Below are positions 28,297 to 41,391 of a stretch of 64,000 bases of DNA, piece after piece. This DNA is from Yuukianura sp. NJ FZ-2021 (taxonomy: Eukaryota). Under the pieces are notes generated by a model. The model was not told the DNA's origin. It was given only the letters and a program-made list of their open reading frames with translations, and made no database searches. Position numbers and translations under genes: made by a program. Location: NCBI GenBank assembly GCA_046563655.1, contig CM102285.1:12586001-12650000 (forward strand). The letters are read 5' to 3'. Position 1 is the stretch's first letter. Each line of letters starts with the position of its first letter.

Positions 28297-28821
28297 AAGA
28301 CATTTTTACATGCTAAAAGTTTAACTAAAAACGAAAACATTCCCAAAATGTCGCAAAGAATTTGGAATCGAAATCGAAAATTTCGAGGTAGAAACCAAGT
28401 CAAACGGAAAAAATAATCACAAATTGTACAATCGAAGTCCTTTCGGGGAAAGGTCAAAGGTCAAGCGATGACTTCTGATCTCCAAGGACTTAAAATCTAA
28501 AAAATAATTCAGTATTGATTGTAAACTTGGTAAAATGTTGCTTTACGAGGATGAAAAATGAAACCTATGCCTAAGTTCCTTTTATTTCCTAAAATATTAC
28601 AAGGAATTCAAAAAAATGGAGAAAGTCCTAGCCCCTTCGCTTTCATTATTCAATATTAGTCATGTACAAAAACAATTATTTGAATTTAAGTTAAACTAAA
28701 AGTTAAAAGTTAATCGCTTCAGAAATATCAGTTTAATATTTTTGATGTGTCTGAAAGCTTTCTTCAAGCGCCATTAGATTCCAGAATTCCTCGGTTCGTA
28801 AAAAGAGAAGAAAAAAAGTAG

Positions 28822-28891
28822 AATAAATTGACGTTTTTAGAAATTGTTAGAATTTAGAAAAACATGAATCTTCCTGTGAAGCTTCAATAAA
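28822..28891 (+). terminator. Candidate polyadenylation signals for paralog A
   Basis: AATAAA at 28822-28827 and 28886-28891, ~530-600 nt after the stop. The hexamer is common in AT-rich DNA, so unconfirmed. Confidence 0.4.
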
Positions 28892-31800
28892 TATGAAAAA
28901 CATTGACAAATTCAAAACAATGGTGATTGCTATTTCGTCATTTCCATTTGTTAGTTATTTAAAGTTCTTTTTGCAAGTTTAAAGTCTCTGAAATCAAAAG
29001 CATTTCACTATTGCGGTCACCACTCAGCAAGCTAGAAGTTGACCCAACTGATTTTTATGTCAGTCTGAGCACAGTGAACACGGGCATGAGTTTGTACGAT
29101 GTTGAACTTATGCTAAATTGGTTAGCAATAAATAATAAATAATGTTTCATTTTTCAAAATGTTTCAAATTTTTTCAGTCCGCGTAACATTTGCAAAATTT
29201 CTGGAGAGGTTTGCATGAGTCATTCGTACTGCCGTTGCCCCTGCTTTGTTTGAATTTGGTTCAAAACCGCTTAGATAAATGCGGGATTCCGCTTGCTTTG
29301 AGTATCCCAAAATTGATTTTACCAATTTTTTTGGTTGAAAATTTGAAGAACTGAGATTTTGTGAGAACTTAAGGAAGTGATGTTACGTTTGTTGGAAATT
29401 GAATGTTTGAGCGTGTGAGTTTGAATGATTGTTGTTTAGTTTGTCGGCATCTGTGAAGCTGTGATGTGAAAAGTGAGGCGTTGCACATAAGTTTTAACAT
29501 TTTTAAAAAGTTCTTTTTTCTCAAAGTGATTTCACTTCTGGTTCTTGTTCTTTTTGAAAATTGCTCAGAGGCACAAGGAGTCGTGGCGAATGTATAATTT
29601 TTTGTAGTGTTGCCATTTGGTTTAATGCGTTGAAATGACCACCTAAGCAACTGACTTAGTAACTCTTCCTTTCCCTCTGAACATCAAAAGGCAACATGAA
29701 AAGAAGCCGCCACTTCTTAAAACTCACAACTTATAAGTTTAAGTAACATTCAAACAAGAAACTCAAAAACCAAAGTTATGTTATGGAGCACACAGCGTGC
29801 TACACACAAAAACTTTGTGGATTTGGAGCTTCCAGAACAAAAACTAAACATTCAAAGTAACAAATTCTCTTTCAAAAATGCTGTTTCAAATTCTCCGAAT
29901 TTGGATTTTCCACAAAACGTTCGAATTGGAACAACTTTTCTACTTTTCCAATTGTGTAACAGAACTACTGAAATCCTTTGCATTTTTGTTGAAATCGTGC
30001 TGAATCTTGATTCTTTTGTAGATTTTTTGTGGTGTACATCAAAAATCTTTGGTTTTAGGCACAAAAACATAAGTTTAAGTTTTGAATTGAGGAATGAGCG
30101 GATGTTGGTGCGGCTTAACATCAAAGGTCAACCACACAATTACTCTGTTTGATATAAAAGAAGAAACGAGAAGATTGATAGTATCAGAAGGGAGAAAAAG
30201 GGGAAGATGCAGGAAGAGCCTCCAGTAAAATAAAGCAGGTTTCATATACTTATACGCTCATTTTTTCTTCCTGAGTTCATCTTTTTATTAATTGTAAATT
30301 TTGGCACTTATTTTCATGATTTTGAACCTGCTGGTTGGTGAGAAGTTTCTTTTTTCCTTTTGTAACTCGTAGGTGTAAATTAAGATAAAAGGTGTCATTA
30401 GCAGAGGGAGAAGGAAGAAAGTGAGAGTGTGTGAAGCCCTTAGCACCTTCAAGGTGTGAAGGAACATGAACAGAGTCATGTTATTCCTGTTTTTACCCCA
30501 AAAACTCCCTAACTTTAACACCTTAAAATAACCTAACCTATGTTTTACCCCTGTTGAAGAGAATAGTGGAGCATTTGAGATCTGATATCATTGTTTCTGT
30601 AATGAAAAGGGATCAATTGGGGGCCCTTACAGAGGAAGAGGAATTAAGTGTATCTGATGATCAGAGGTTTTTTAAGGGAGGATTCCATGACTTGAGGGCT
30701 CCTAGAAAATGGCTTGAAACTTTCCCCTCTCAAACTTTTTACAAGTTGGTCACGAATGGACCATTAGGAAATTGTTGCAAAACATCTTCAATTATCCTAT
30801 ACACTATCCTACACAATCATATTGGGAAGGATAATGGCTCTCTTCGGTCCGTCCTAAACACTATGTAATCATCACCAAAAACTAAATTATCATCCACATC
30901 TTCACAACTCCGATCAAAAAAATATCTTCGCAGCGAGAACAGAATTTCATTTTAGAGACTTTTAGTTATGCTGCTCCAATCCAAACTAGAATCAATTCCT
31001 ACTGCCCTAATAGTCTTATGAAATGCAGTTTTGTTTTTACCATTTTTACTATGTACTTAACTTAAACTATACTTAAATACTTAAATTAAACTATAATAAA
31101 TAAATTACTACATTGTCAACATTGTGGTATACAAAAGGAAAAGTAAATCAACTAATTTTGAGAAGCACATTGGAGAAAGTTAACTTTCCAAAACTGCAAT
31201 CACTTTTTATTCTTGCTCGATTATTGTGAAATATAAATGAAAAGCGTTTGATTTTGAAAAAATGAACTGCTTCCATTCTTGATTTTTTCCATTTACATTT
31301 CCCAAATTACTTCAACGCTACTTTTCGTTGTCATAATTCATAATGTGGGTGGCTCAATTTTGAAATGTTGGCTGAGTTGATGATGCTCCTGTGTTTCTCC
31401 ATGGACTTCTACATCTCCAGTAAGACTAAGGTGTAAAGATGATGAGGTTTTCAAAATATTGTTATTGTTTTGGTCCTTCTTAGTTCATTGTCGGCATCTT
31501 TAGAAACAAAGTTTCTATTAGACACCTTACCTTAATGAACAAATGGAGAGTGGATTAGTAAGTTGAAGATTTACTAAAAGGAGAGAACTATTAACCAAGG
31601 AAATTAAACTGAAGCTTTCAAGCTTCGAGGCCTTGGTTTAGTATGTTCTTGACTTTTGTCTTCAGTAGCGTGATTCTGACCAATAAATCAACTTTTACAG
31701 GTGTGTTTGGAGCTCCAGTTTTTCTTCAAGTCTTTGGAGACTTATTACCAAAGGGCTCTCTAATACCCCTTTAATAAGTTCTTTTCAAAATTTCCCATTC

Positions 31801-34800
31801 AGAAAAAAAGATGAAGAATGATCAAGAGACCAAAGAGTTATTAGCCTCTGACACCCTCATGTGTGAGTTCCTGGCTGGAAGCTTTCTCCTTTCTGAAACA
31901 ATTGAAAACAACTTCAAATTAATTGCTCATTTACGTCATTTTGAAACTTCAAGGTTCATCAACACATCTTCCATCGCACATGACCAGAAATGCATAACAG
32001 GAAGAACTAAAAAAAATTCTGACAGTATCTTTTTAAAAACCTAGCGTTTACGTTTCAAAATGATGCTGGTGACCCACCCGTGTTGCCTTTGCGTAGGGTC
32101 GAGGTTGCAGAACAAACTAAGCGGTCAAACACATTTCAGCAGAAAGAAAGAAACTGTTTTGGTTTAGGTTTAAGAGGCAATTCATCATTGTCTCCAGTTG
32201 ACATCTTTGCTACTGACTCCCATTGTTCTCTGTAGTTTCTACTGCTCAACTACTATTATTATTGGTAGCTCTTCTGTAATGACACTCTTGTGAGGTATAC
32301 AAGCCCTTTTATTAAGAAGTCATTTCCTCTTGTTTCCACAAATTCTAGTCTCTATTGTAAAATTTCAGAAGTGGAAATGACTTTGTTAGTTTTTCCAAAG
32401 AACTGTCTTAAGGGTGTCTCAAATAATGAAATTCCAAGTGTCAGGTCAAAGGGACACTTCAAGGGAACGTAAATCAGAGGGACTTTATGATTTTTCTGGA
32501 GCTCAATTTCTTTATTGTGACACTTCAAGGGCTGTCAAAGATTCCTGCTTTGAAGCGCAAAGTTTTTGCAGGTCAATTCGGACAGGTCATCAATATACAT
32601 CAATGACAGAAACTTAGTGACACCAAAATTTTGAAAAAGATTTTCAAAATTTTGAAGAAAAAATAGTTCTACAATGGCGAGTAAATCTTCAAATTTCTCT
32701 TTCGTGGTTTTGTTAAGTTTAAACTTCAAATGAATATTTTACGAAAGTTTGATCCGCTAAACTTCTAAGCCTTGGTTAGATGGGTCAATTAGATTTACCA
32801 GTTGATGAATTTCAAATTTCTAAGATTTCAGTTCAAAATTTTAAATTTTGAAACGATTTTGGAATTTTTATGTTACTGTGGGCGTGGTCCATCCCGTCTT
32901 TGACATTGCAGAATTGTAAATCACTCAGTTGAGGACCAGGATTAAGTTGTAAGTTGGCACTTGACGAAGAAAAGGGAGCCCTTATTTTGGAAATTGCGCC
33001 TCATTGGCAACTTGGAAGTGTGACATGCTAAGGGTCATATTGCTTCAAGGGCCCTTCACAAAGTGTGAAGGGCCCTTCGTTTGATCTGTGCCCTTTGAAA
33101 AATGGGTTTTGACCTAAACGAGCCATGTCGACCACCCACTTGAGCAGTCACAACTTCCATTGCCCACCTACGCTGGACTTTAAGGACAGAGCGGAGGTTA
33201 AGCAGTGGACATCAGGAGGGAAGTGTCTGCGTCCAGCAGCGTTGGAACCTCCTTCGGCTGGACAGTTATTAAAGACTCCCTCCTCCTTTGTACTTCCTTA
33301 CAAGGAGAAAGCATTGTTCAACATCTAAACTACCAACCTCCATTGTCCTGGACATGATTTTTCACAAACATTTTGACAGCAACAGGCTCATTTGGAACTA
33401 TTTCCAACACAAAAATTTAGTCGCCGGGTTCAAAATGTCCATTTTCAGGAAAAATTTCGACTTGAAAGTCCATTTTTCAAAAAATCGGTTCAATATGTCC
33501 AATTTGTTCTTTTGATGTTAATCGGTCTCCTGAGACCACATGAACTGATTAGTAGGGGTCGAGAAATTTCAGAACCTGAGAATTTGAAATTTCGAAATTT
33601 TGAAAAACAGTTTTTCAAACAGTTTTCAAAACAGAGTCATTAGCCAAGGATCATAGCGGTACAAGACAGGTGTAATTGAGATGCTCAACAGCAGTCTCAC
33701 GGTACTTGATTAATGAATTTTTTGACAAGCTGTACTTTTCAAAAAATTTGAACTAATCATTCAGAAACAGAATCCAGAACATTGAACTTTGGTTCAAAAT
33801 TTTGAAATTTTAGGAACAGTTTGTAATTTTCGAAAGCTTCTAAGAAGTGCTGTCATTTGTGACCGGAAAAGGAGAGATACTAATTGTACGTTAAGGTCCG
33901 TGTCCGTTGGTGACCAGATTGAGTGACTTGGCTTAACGATGTCGTGCAAATTGGCTCTTAGTAGAAGGCGTCACAGTCCTCTGAAGCTGTTCCCATTGTC
34001 AGCAAATAGAAACTGACACGACAGAGATGGGAAAGTGATGGAGGTAATAACAGGCTACGAAGAAAGTACTACCCTTTAGCACCCGCTTCCGTTCTGAAGC
34101 GACTGGGTTCAGTGCTTAGCTCCTTTTTTGTACTCTAATGATCATACACTTTCTAACGAGAGTCACGGTTTTACATCATTTCATACTACAAAATGTACAC
34201 TTCCGCTACAGACAAATTATTTAGCTCCAATTCTTACAGGAAGGGAATTTTTACATAGAAGAAAGATGGCTAAAAAACTGAATTTTCAAAATTCAGGTTC
34301 ACAAAAACCAGAATTCGTGGAAATTGCAATAAATTAAAAAGTGTCGAAAATATCACATTTGGACGGCGCACAGAACGTTTTATGAAATTACCTATGCAGA
34401 AAAAATTCTGATTTCAGTTGGTCTTGTTTGACATTTCTATAACCACTTTAATGTGTTGGCCTTCATTGAACCCTTAGTTTTTGAGGTTTTCGAGTATTTT
34501 AAAAATTCCAAAATGAAAGCAATCCTTTGAAGCATTTTTGTCTTGGTTGTTGGTTAAAAAGTGCATTTGGCTCAATGGAATTTAGTATTTAGTAGCGTAA
34601 GATTCTTGAAAAAAAAGTTGCCAAAAATATCAGGGTTTGACGCGAGCAGAAAATTTTGCTGAATTCGGTTTGAGTGAAAATTTTGATTCAGGTAGATCTA
34701 ATAATCAATTTCTTTTCCATTTTGGCAACTTAATTTTTGAAATGTGCAGCAATTTCAAAAATGCAAATATTGAAATTCGAGAACTTGTTTTTGGAGTAAT

Positions 34801-36465
34801 TTTGTTGCTTTAAAAAAACCGTCAAAGATGAAACTAAAATAAGAACAATAACTAAAATAAGACAAAACTGTGACAAAAACAGTGTCGAAAAATATCAGCT
34901 TTAGAAAGCGAACAGAAAAATTTCTGCATTTCATTACGATTCTAATTTTGTAATTTAGTTTTTGGATAATGATTGTCTTGCCTAGTTGTTTACGGGAACA
35001 GTTTTTGAGCATTTCAGGAATTTCAAAAATTTTGAAATAGGAGAACTTTTTCGAACTTTTCTTTTTGGTTTTTGAAAAATGAGACTTCGGCCAGATGAAA
35101 CGGAACACAAATGAAGCCCACACATGACTGAACAAGGAGGTTATGAACTTCTTCTTCCTCTTCAGACTGACTCTGGCATTATTAATTCCAACTTCAATTA
35201 ATTCTTGAGCCAGCAGATGAGTTCTTGACTCTTCATGATCATGTCTGCTCTGATGACTACGCTCATATTTTACACCCAATCTTCTTCAAATTTTGAACAA
35301 AATTGGACAAAAAAAGCTTTCTTTTTAACAAAAAATTACGCCATAACATATTATAGGCTTTTTCCTCAAATTCAACTGGAGCCACGTGACAAGAGCTCAT
35401 TTCTCATTGTTCTCTTTTGTTTTCGGCTTGAAAAACCTCCCTCTGACCTTTGACCTTTTCAAAACCTTCGGATCAAGTGACATCCAAACTAATTTTTCAA
35501 AAAGTTTAGTTTCTGAGTTGTTCAATTGGAAAGAAAATTTATCCTTTTCTAAGAAAATGCTCAAATGGGGAGTTTGCCGACAAGGAAAGAGAGGAAAAGT
35601 GCTTGAAAACACTTTTGTTTTAAAAGATTTTTCAAAAAAGTGAAAAAACCTCCAGCTCAACAATTTTGTTCCAAGATTAAAAATGACTTAAAGTGTAAAG
35701 TAGGGACGCTTTGAAGATAAATTGCTCCTGCTGATAGTGTTACTTCCCATTAGTTTCACACTCCATGGAATCAATGACCTTTCCTTTTCAAAAAACAGTT
35801 TTTTCAAAAAAGTTGGTTTTTGGATTGTTCTAAAATGGAAGCTTGCAGAGACCAAAACACACAAATCACTCAAAAATCCACTACCTATGGCTTTCATGTC
35901 TTCAGTTTTTCTTGATGACTTTTGACCTTCATGTTTCTTGGAAATTTTGAAATTTTGAGTTATAAAACTATCGTTCTTAAGCAAAGCATTTTGAAAGTGA
36001 CACTGACACTTCCCTTTTGTGACATGCGGAATGTGCTAACGAGAAACAATAAATTCAAAAAAACGAAACCAAAGAATTCTTTTACTTGAAAAGGCACACG
36101 TTTGCCGCCAAGGGCCCTTAACACTGAAGAGCCTCTCACAAAAAGACGTGGAAATCGAGACAATAAAATTCTTGGCATATTTTGAACATCATTTCAAATT
36201 CCATTGTTCTCTCCAAAAACGCCTGAAATTGAATTTCAAAAAAGCAGCCAAGCAGCCAGTTCGAAATTTTGATATAACTTCTCACGTAAAATTGTTTAGC
36301 AACTTTTTAGTTCAGATGTTTCTACATCCGAGAATTTTTAGGAACTTTTGACAATGGTTTTCCTTGTCACGACATAAGAGGGCTGTTCAAATTAAAAAAG
36401 TGACAAATCCAATTGTTGTGACTGTTCCTGAAGGTGGGAACAAAGAAACAAGGTTGGTAAGAAAG

Positions 36466-36512
36466 TGACACCTACTCAAGGTGTGACCTCGAGGTGTCAA
36501 CTGAAGGTGTGA
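36466..36512. promoter_or_regulatory. Cluster of four T-box half-sites (candidate autoregulatory enhancer)
   Basis: TGACACCT 36466, AGGTGTGA 36479, AGGTGTCA 36492, AGGTGTGA 36505. Confidence 0.55.
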
Positions 36513-39500
36513 AGAAGATGCATATAAATAATTGGTAGCAACAAGTGGTTCCTTTGTGCTTCTCAAGTCTTTAACCATAAGTAATCTCATCCCTGGGACA
36601 TGTCACCTCTTCACAATCCTCCTAAATCGGAAAAAAAAATGAAAAAGTGACATTAATTCAAAGCGTTTAACGCTAACTTACCAAAAGTGGTTATGCCATA
36701 TCCTATAAGAAAAAAAACGAAGCATTCTTTTATCAAAATTTTGAAAAACTTCAAAAATCATCGAAAAAAAATTCCGTAACACTGTGCCACTAGCTTATTT
36801 TTGGAGATGCTTTCTAATATTTTTTAGAACCAAGCAGGTCCCCATCCTACCACAATGGCATATTCTTACATTCGTGATTATTTGAAATTGTCTTTTATAA
36901 ATTAAATTTTCTCATTTAAAATTTTGAAAAACTAAAATTTTGAGCCAGTTTTTTAAATTTCCAGTTGCTTTTTTGAGAGAGAAAGAGTGACGGAGTATAA
37001 TGGAGGAGTAATATGACGGGAGTCATTTGTTAGTGGCAAAAACGGACAAGGATTCTTTTTGTGGGTGGCAAGTTTTTGAAAGTTTTGGAAGCTTTTGGTT
37101 GTTGACCTCATGCTGCGTCGAGAGAGTGACCTTTGACCTTGTAAGTCTCCAGACTTGTTTCCCATTTAAATCAACTTATTTTTTGTACAGGTCATTTTCA
37201 ATAGAAACTAACAAAAGACGATGACTTCTTGAACAGTGTCACAATTTTATGGTGTGTAGTAGGGAATATGTAGAAGACTAGAAGCTGAGAAGGAACGTCA
37301 ACGATTTATGTTCCGTGACTTCACAGTTCCTACTTTCTTTAATAAATCAACATAAGACTTTCAACTTGGCTCTTCCACTGGACATGATTGACTTTTCTAA
37401 AAAATTAAAAAATGGCCGTTTTTGTTTAAATTCTGGATTTCCTCTGGTCTTTTGTTCAACTTTTTAAAAATTTGAAGACTCCTGACTGTTTGTGTGATTG
37501 ATAAAGGAGTGTTTGTGTGTAAAGTAGGGAGATTATGCAGGACAGTTGCTTCCATTTTAGTTTTGTGTCCTGGAAGACTAATGGCTTTGAGGAAACAAAG
37601 TGACACTTCTCTCTTATGCTTACAGAACTCCTGGTCTTCCTATTGTTAAATTCTACATTAGGTTAGGTTAAATTTTACATTTTGTAGAGACAAGAAGTAC
37701 TTTTGGAGATGAAGTAACAACCGAAACCAATTAGTAATCAGATCAGGCTGCTAAACTTCTTTAGGAAGATGAACCTCATCTGTGTTGTAAACTATATGTT
37801 TTGAACGTGTCAAAATCTCAACTGACAGCTCGCATCCTCTTGAACTTGAACAAATTAAATATTAACTCTCTTCTGACAGTTTTGACATTTCAGGACGTAC
37901 TTCACATCAGTCTGTTCAAATTGTTCAAAAGGCAAACATGCAGAGGTGCTCGATCACGAAAAAGCCATAACTTTTCAACAAAAATTTAACGTATTTGAAT
38001 GCAAATAATTTTTAATATGGAGTTGAATTCGCACTAACTTAAATTCAATTCCGAAATTTCACCTCCGTTTTTTTTTGAAAAAAACTGCATTTGATTTCGG
38101 TTAGTTTGAACATTTGGTGAAAGTTTGCTTTCACTTTAATTTGAGCTTTTCAAAGTACGCAAAAAATTGGAAGACGTCAATTAAATTTTTAGCACTCTCG
38201 AATTTTTTCTTTTACTTTTTCCGTTTTTTTTACATCGTTAATTTGTTAAAATTGGGAGGATTCTTGGTTGAAATTTTCGAAAGTTATGACCTGAAAATTG
38301 GACGTACATGATGAATTGTTTCCGTTTTATGAAGAATGCTTGTGGTCATTACGAGTTTTTCAAAATATAAGAAAAAATGAAATTTCACACGTGAAATGAG
38401 TTTTTGGAAGACCAGGAACGCCCACTTTTGAGAAATTAGGAAATACTTGGACTACATCGTAACATCGTAGCTTCATATTTTTCAAAATTGAAATAATTGT
38501 ATTAACCATATCGTCTTCCAGGGAATTGCGTGTCAAAGTTTACAAGTAATTGAACTTGTTCGAAAAAAGCGTCCAGCCAAAATCATTTCTTTGTGAGGGA
38601 GCCCTTGAAAACGATAGTGTAGGACTTGTGGAGCCCTTAAGAGGCGGTTTCCAATTCTTTTAGAGACGAAAATGAAAGAAAATCTTGGACTAATTACCGT
38701 TTTCATCAAGGAGTCTCTCATATCGTCCCGCGCCCTATTCTTCCCTTTCATCTTTGAAGTAAACTACTCTTCTGCTGTTGAAGGGCCCTTGGAGCCCTTG
38801 AGAGAGCCTAATGATGACAGCCAAAGGTGCTGAATTGATTGAGGTTTTACCACTCGGGTCATTAAGGCACCTACTTGTGTCCAGGGCACGGAATTACTCT
38901 AAACTTATCCTAATGTGAAGCTTAACCTAACGGAAGCAAACTAATGACATGAGTACGTTATGTTTAAATTCAGTTAGTTAAATTAAGTTTACTTTAATGT
39001 TTTCATTTTTCAAAAATTTCTCCTGAATGGAGCTTGGAGGTGGTTGACCTTTAGTGTAGTTTTCTCCTGACCTGTCAGCATCCAAGAAATATTTGCTGTT
39101 AATTAATCCTTGTTCGTGAAGGGAAATGAGTTAGTACTGCTATAAGTTGAATGTTTCAAAAAATCTTTTGTTTTTTTGAAATGAGAAGTTGAAAATTACA
39201 GGGCACAACAAATATATATCGAATCACTGGGCCACGCCCCCTCGTTCTCATAATTCATCAACTTGACTCTCTCCGTGGTCAAAAACTGGCTTTTAAATCT
39301 CAACCGTACCAGAAGTCATCAAGGAGTTAGAAAATCTTCCTGGTAGGTCCACTTTAGTTGCATTTCATATCGAGTGATTTGGATTCGTAACAGACCATCA
39401 TTTAATACAAAAAAATAATAACATATTCCATCAAATTTCAAAATCCAAAGCATCAAAAAAAAGTTTAGCAAAGAAGAGAAAGTTTTTAGCTTAAAGCCGT

Positions 39501-40565
39501 TCACATCTTTTCCAAACTTTTTCAACGTCAATTTTTTTTTTAAGTCTGAAGTTGGGTTCTCGCGTCTTCTCCTTACTGCATTGGTAATTTTTGATTTTCT
39601 CATAAAATTTTATTTCAAAAACAGTATTTTTTTTTGAAAATTGAGTTGATTTTTTTGCACAAACAAAAACTGGAACCCAAACTGGTGGGTGGTGGATGGT
39701 GAAAGTGGAAGTGATACTCCAGTGGAGATAAGGGGAGAGAAATATTGGCGGGAGTTGGAAGTGAAAGTGAAAGCACGATAAGGTCCATGTCCTTTTCTAA
39801 TGGGTTCAACTTCTAACACTCCATCCACAACCCACCAATAACTAGAAACATTTTGATACAACAATTTCCTCTGTTCGTCTGTATACTGGAATATCCAGTA
39901 TTGGACTTCCTGGAAGCCATACTTTCTCTTACTTTCACCGTGGATTCCTTCCAGAGCTTCTCTTGCAGCTCGTTCGTAGCCTCAAACGTTCCCCTCAAAT
40001 AGAGTTTCTCGAATCAGATAAAAATGAAAGTCCGTTATGGTTTCATACTCAATTTTCAAATACTTCCGCCTTTCGTTCTTCGTTCTTCCGTGCTCAACTG
40101 ACCAATAGCAATTGAATTTTAGTTGATACGGATTTATTTTGAATTTGAATGGAGTGTGTGTGACGGGGTGAATTCTTAACTTGATAGCCTTACACCTAAG
40201 TTAACTTTTGACTTTTGACCCCCAAATAACTTTTGGTAACAGGGTTAACTTTCTACTTTCAAAGAAAAAACTAACCTAAAAGTAAATTGAGATAAAATTA
40301 GTAAATTAATGGATGTTACAGGAACATTGATACTTTACACTGGCTTATAGGACGATTAAAGCAAACTCAGATTCTGCGCACAAAAACAAAAGCATGTCGC
40401 GTCATCTTCGGTGGGACATGATGTGTCATTGGTTCTTGAGGAATCAAGTTAGGTTTTGTTAGGAATAAGTTAGGGTTAAGTTTAAACATTAGTCGAATGT
40501 GATGATGATTATGATACTTTGGAATGTTCAACATTTGGAACTTTACGGTAACTCTAAATGATTTT

Positions 40566-41391
40566 TCAGATTGTTTCATCTTTAAGTGAATCTGGTGACC
40601 CTGGACTTCGGTTGCCCAATGATCTTGGTGTGTTGACATGTTGAATGTGACTGGGAATGGAATATGGGGAGTATCTATGCGATGAACTACTGCCAAGTGG
40701 TGACGTTACAGTAGCTGATGGGTACATGGGTCGTGGGAGTCTCATGGCCCCACCGGAATCGGGTGGGGTGGTGGGGCTCCTTTGGCCATGATGTCCGTTA
40801 CTCATTGTTGTTGGTGGGGCATTGTTAGAGTTATTAGCTGCTGCCGAAATGGCTGCAGCTAGTTGGGCATGGTGGGCAAGCAGTGGAGAAAGTCCATGCA
40901 AAGATGCCCATTGTGTCCAAAGTTGTATTGGCAACGGGACTTGAGACTGTGGCCCTCCATTTCCATTGCGACTTCCATCATGCGGTGAATTTTGACGCTG
41001 ATTGGAATTGTTAGCAGCCGCTGCTGCTGCAGCACTCATAGCATACAGTTGCGAAAGACTACCGTTGATCGCTGCTGCTGCAGCGGCAGCGTCCATTCGA
41101 TGTCCATGCGGCGGTGGTCCATGTCCAGGATGGTATTGGCCGTGACCCGGCGGTGACCCGAAAGGTGACGGCAGAGATCCGGGCATTCCCAGGCCCATGG
41201 CAGCCGCCGCTGCAGCGTTCATGCCCATTCCAGGCCCTGGAAACGGAGATCTGAATCCAAGCAACTGAGCTCTCGCTTGCAAAATTGCTTTTTCTTCAGG
41301 CGTGAGGGCACTTGAGGCCATTTCAAATTCAAGGGATCGGAGGCCTCCAGGACGATACTGTTGCTCCACCAACATTGTCTCCATTGTCTCT
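40566..41391 (-). CDS. H15/mid (Tbx20): Tbx20 paralog B terminal coding exon (poly-Ala, Gly/Pro/His-rich C-terminus)
   Basis: TTTTTGTAG|A GAG ACA ATG; phase 2; contains QLWTQW and HRYSPY; TGA stop at 40568-40566. Confidence 0.9.

Noticed and set aside
34755..35279. 174-aa minus-strand ORF between the Tbx20 genes
   Set aside because: F/K-rich translation typical of AT-rich non-coding DNA, with a non-ATG start and no domain or splice support.
585..37670. Scattered 2-3 unit TTAGG/CCTAA runs (e.g. ~585, ~15205, ~21716, ~22892, ~37658)
   Set aside because: Too short to indicate interstitial telomeres or chromosome fusion.
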